Positions 61,596-64,000 of a stretch of DNA of 64,000 bases are shown here, piece by piece (the first letter of the stretch is position 1; the number at the start of each line of letters is the position of its first letter). This DNA is from Squalus acanthias. Taxonomy: Eukaryota. The translations under genes were made by a program, and so were the position numbers. The notes under the pieces were generated by a model. That model searched no databases, had not been told where the DNA came from, and was given only the letters and a program-made list of their open reading frames with translations. The stretch is taken from NCBI GenBank assembly GCA_030390025.1, contig CM059432.1:71178001-71242000 (forward strand), read 5' to 3'.

Positions 61596-62199
61596 GCTTG
61601 GCAGCAAAATGGATTACAGGTCTCTCCAGGCTGAGATTCAAGGCTGCAATGAGCAGGGTGTGGCTGGGGAGCAAGTGGCCCCCCCCGCTTTAAGAAGTGT
61701 CCGGCGCCAGTGTGTCTGTGTTCCCTCGCTAACTGGCAGCAGCTGCGCTGCGCTCGTGCGCTGAGGTAGCGCCTCACTCCTAGGCCTTTGCGCCTTAAGA
61801 GAGGTGTGCAGCGCCTAATTTAGCGCTCCACTCACCTCCCGGGGCGGTAAAAGTGAAGTTTCCTGTCAGTGCCGATAATTAGCGCCAGGCGCTAATATTT
61901 GCGCTCGGACGATATTTGCGCCCCAAATGGGGCGCGACCTAATTTCTACCCCATAGTCTTATACCACAAAAAGAGGCCATTTGGTCCATTGCAGCTGCGC
62001 CGGCTGTCTGAAGGAGCTATTCCCTTGGACCCATTCCCCTGTCCTTTCCCCACACCTACTGCTTTGACAGACAGCAGTCTCATCCATGCTTCTCCAATTA
62101 TGTCCCTGCAGTTGGCTACTCCCAGTTTGAAGCATTTTATTACCAAGATAGGTTGGGACTGTAATCTTTAAAGAAGCGTAGACTTGGTGGTGATGTATT

Positions 62200-62700
62200 A
62201 AGGTTTACAAGATGATGAAGGGAATAGATTGTGTTTATGTAGACAATTTGTTTCTATTCAATAGGTTAGGAAGGACCAAGGGGGTCACAATCTCAAGTTA
62301 TGTAAGGCCTGAACTAGGTTAAATGTTGTGAGGTGGTTCTTTTCCCAGAGAATAGTGGACCTGTGGAACAGGCTGCCAGCTCATACGGTGGATGCTGATT
62401 CACGGAATTATTTCAAACGTGAGCTGGACCTGTTTCTGGCTCAGGCAGAGATCACCTCGCACAAGAGGTAGGTACTGCATGACATAAATCAGGGTCAGAG
62501 TCTCCTGGACTAGTTCGATTTCCTAAGGGGCTCAGAGAGGAATTTTCCAGATTTTTCTCCCATAATTGGCCTGGGTTTTTATCTGGTTCTTCACCTCTCC
62601 CAGGAGATTGCAGGGCTTTCGGGTGCGCTGGGGGGTGTATAGATTGTGATGCACAAAGCATCACTGTAGTGTGGGACAGGCTGGATGCACCAGTGGCTGT
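62200..62700 (+). mobile_element. Decayed CR1 3' fragment
   Basis: KVYKMMKGID...FFSQRIVDLWNRLP...FKRELDLFL. Confidence 0.75.
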
Positions 62701-62837
62701 TTTCCTGTCCATCATTGTTTGTATGATCACAGGTATAGAAGCAGATCCAAGGGCAGCACTGAGACTCGTGAAGCCTTGACTCGTGGCTCTCTCCATCCGA
62801 TCTCCCAGCATGTTGAAGCAGGACAAGAAAGTCTCTA

Positions 62838-62935
62838 ACAGAATCAAAACATGCTGAAAACACTCATCCAGTTAATCAGCATCTGTGGAGAGAACAGACA
62901 ACTTAACGTTCAGATGCAGAACCTCCGTCAGAACC
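62838..62935 (-). mobile_element. Decayed Penelope-like terminal fragment
   Basis: Minus strand ttctgacggaggttctgcatctgaacgttaa resembles a degenerate CTGANGA..GAAACG hammerhead-bearing PLE end. Confidence 0.4.
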
Positions 62936-63539
62936 CAATATACAAGAGGATCGGATGGAACCCAAGCTATAGTAGCAGTGTGGGCACTCACAAGTGATAC
63001 TCTCAGGAATGGACCTGTGCTACTGGGGCTCCACTACAGACGCCCCTGAAGTTGCCACATACTTCATGGTAGACAGCTGTCCAGAGAACTATACCTACTT
63101 GACTCAGCAGATGCACCTACTCAACTCCTCCACAATTATAACCTGACCTTGCAGGGAATTTTGCTCATGTAGACTTTTTAGTTCTTTCTTGGGATGAAGA
63201 AATCAGCAAAACCAACACAAAACATCACGCATTTTAAGTGCAAATTACATCCAGCGCAAATTGAGTTTCTGCAATCTTTTGCGTTGGTTTAGAAAACATC
63301 GCGCTAGAAGCCAGCCCCTCCCATGGAACTGGCCACGAGTACAGATCGAATTAATCACCATTGCGAGTTTCTGCTAATTGCACTTATTTGCAGGCCTTCG
63401 AGGAGGCTCTTAAAATTAAGCTTTTTTTTTTAGGCGTTAGGACACTAATAGGCAAGTTTTGAAAGCTTTTGTATATAATTTTCTTTTAATTTACTAAGAA
63501 ACTGAGTACTGTACACCAATATAACTAACAAATTACAAA

Positions 63540-64000
63540 GTATTTACAGCGTGAAATAGGCCATTCGGCATAACAAGTCTATGCTGGTGTTTATGCTCCA
63601 CACGAGTCTCCTCCCACCCCTTTTCATCTAACCTCATCAACATATCCTTCAATTCCTTTCTCCTTCTAGCTTCTTCACCTCATTATTCACCTCAACTACC
63701 CCTTGTGGTAGCGCGTTCCACATTCTAACCACTGTCTGGGTAAAGACGTTTCTCCTTTTGGATTTATTAATGACTATCTTATATTTATGGCCCTAGTTCT
63801 GGTCTCGCCCACAAGTGGAAATATCTGCTCAACGTCTACCCTATCAAACCCTTTCATAATTTTGAAGACTTCTATCAGGTCACACCTCAGTCTTCTCTTT
63901 TTCAGGGAAAAGAGCCGCAGTCTGTTCAATCTTTCCTGATAGGTAAAACCTCTCAGTTCTGGTATCATTCTAGTAAATCTTTTTTGCACCTTCTCCAGTG
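63540..64000 (-). mobile_element. CR1 3' fragment continuing off the right edge
   Basis: QKRFTRMIPELRGFTYQERL..DLIEVFKIMKG, plus tail. Confidence 0.9.

Larger units (their letters stand above)
57910..61952. mobile_element. PIF/Harbinger transposon with both genes intact; right TIR present, left TIR not found
   Basis: Intact transposase and Myb ORFs in convergent orientation. Right end ...aatttctacccc (61941-61952). Left boundary approximate (57910-57926). Confidence 0.92.

Overview
Eukaryotic, repeat-dominated genomic DNA. The repeat complement suggests a vertebrate, most likely a cartilaginous fish (inference only): CR1 LINEs with a zinc-finger/esterase ORF1 and (AAGAACAT)n/(AGAATCAT)n tails, L2 and RTE tails, Penelope-like elements and abundant PIF/Harbinger DNA transposons. 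No host gene could be identified with confidence. The highlight is a Harbinger element at ~57910-61952. It has an uninterrupted 386-aa HARBI1-like DDE transposase (+) and a convergent three-exon Myb/SANT-like gene (-, 488 aa after splicing). Its right TIR is intact but no left TIR is visible. The window holds about nine further decayed Harbinger copies and several Harbinger-type MITEs; one MITE shares a 17-bp subterminal palindrome with the intact element. Other items: two long CR1 copies (one nested CT-satellite > CR1 > Harbinger), a 1.57-kb solo LTR, a palindromic Penelope-like insertion with hammerhead ribozyme motifs and a 13-bp TSD, an apparently split CR1 insertion and a 4.2-kb CT-rich satellite. 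Most ORFs in the provided track are repeat-derived or spurious. All calls come from reading the sequence by eye, and boundaries of decayed elements are approximate.
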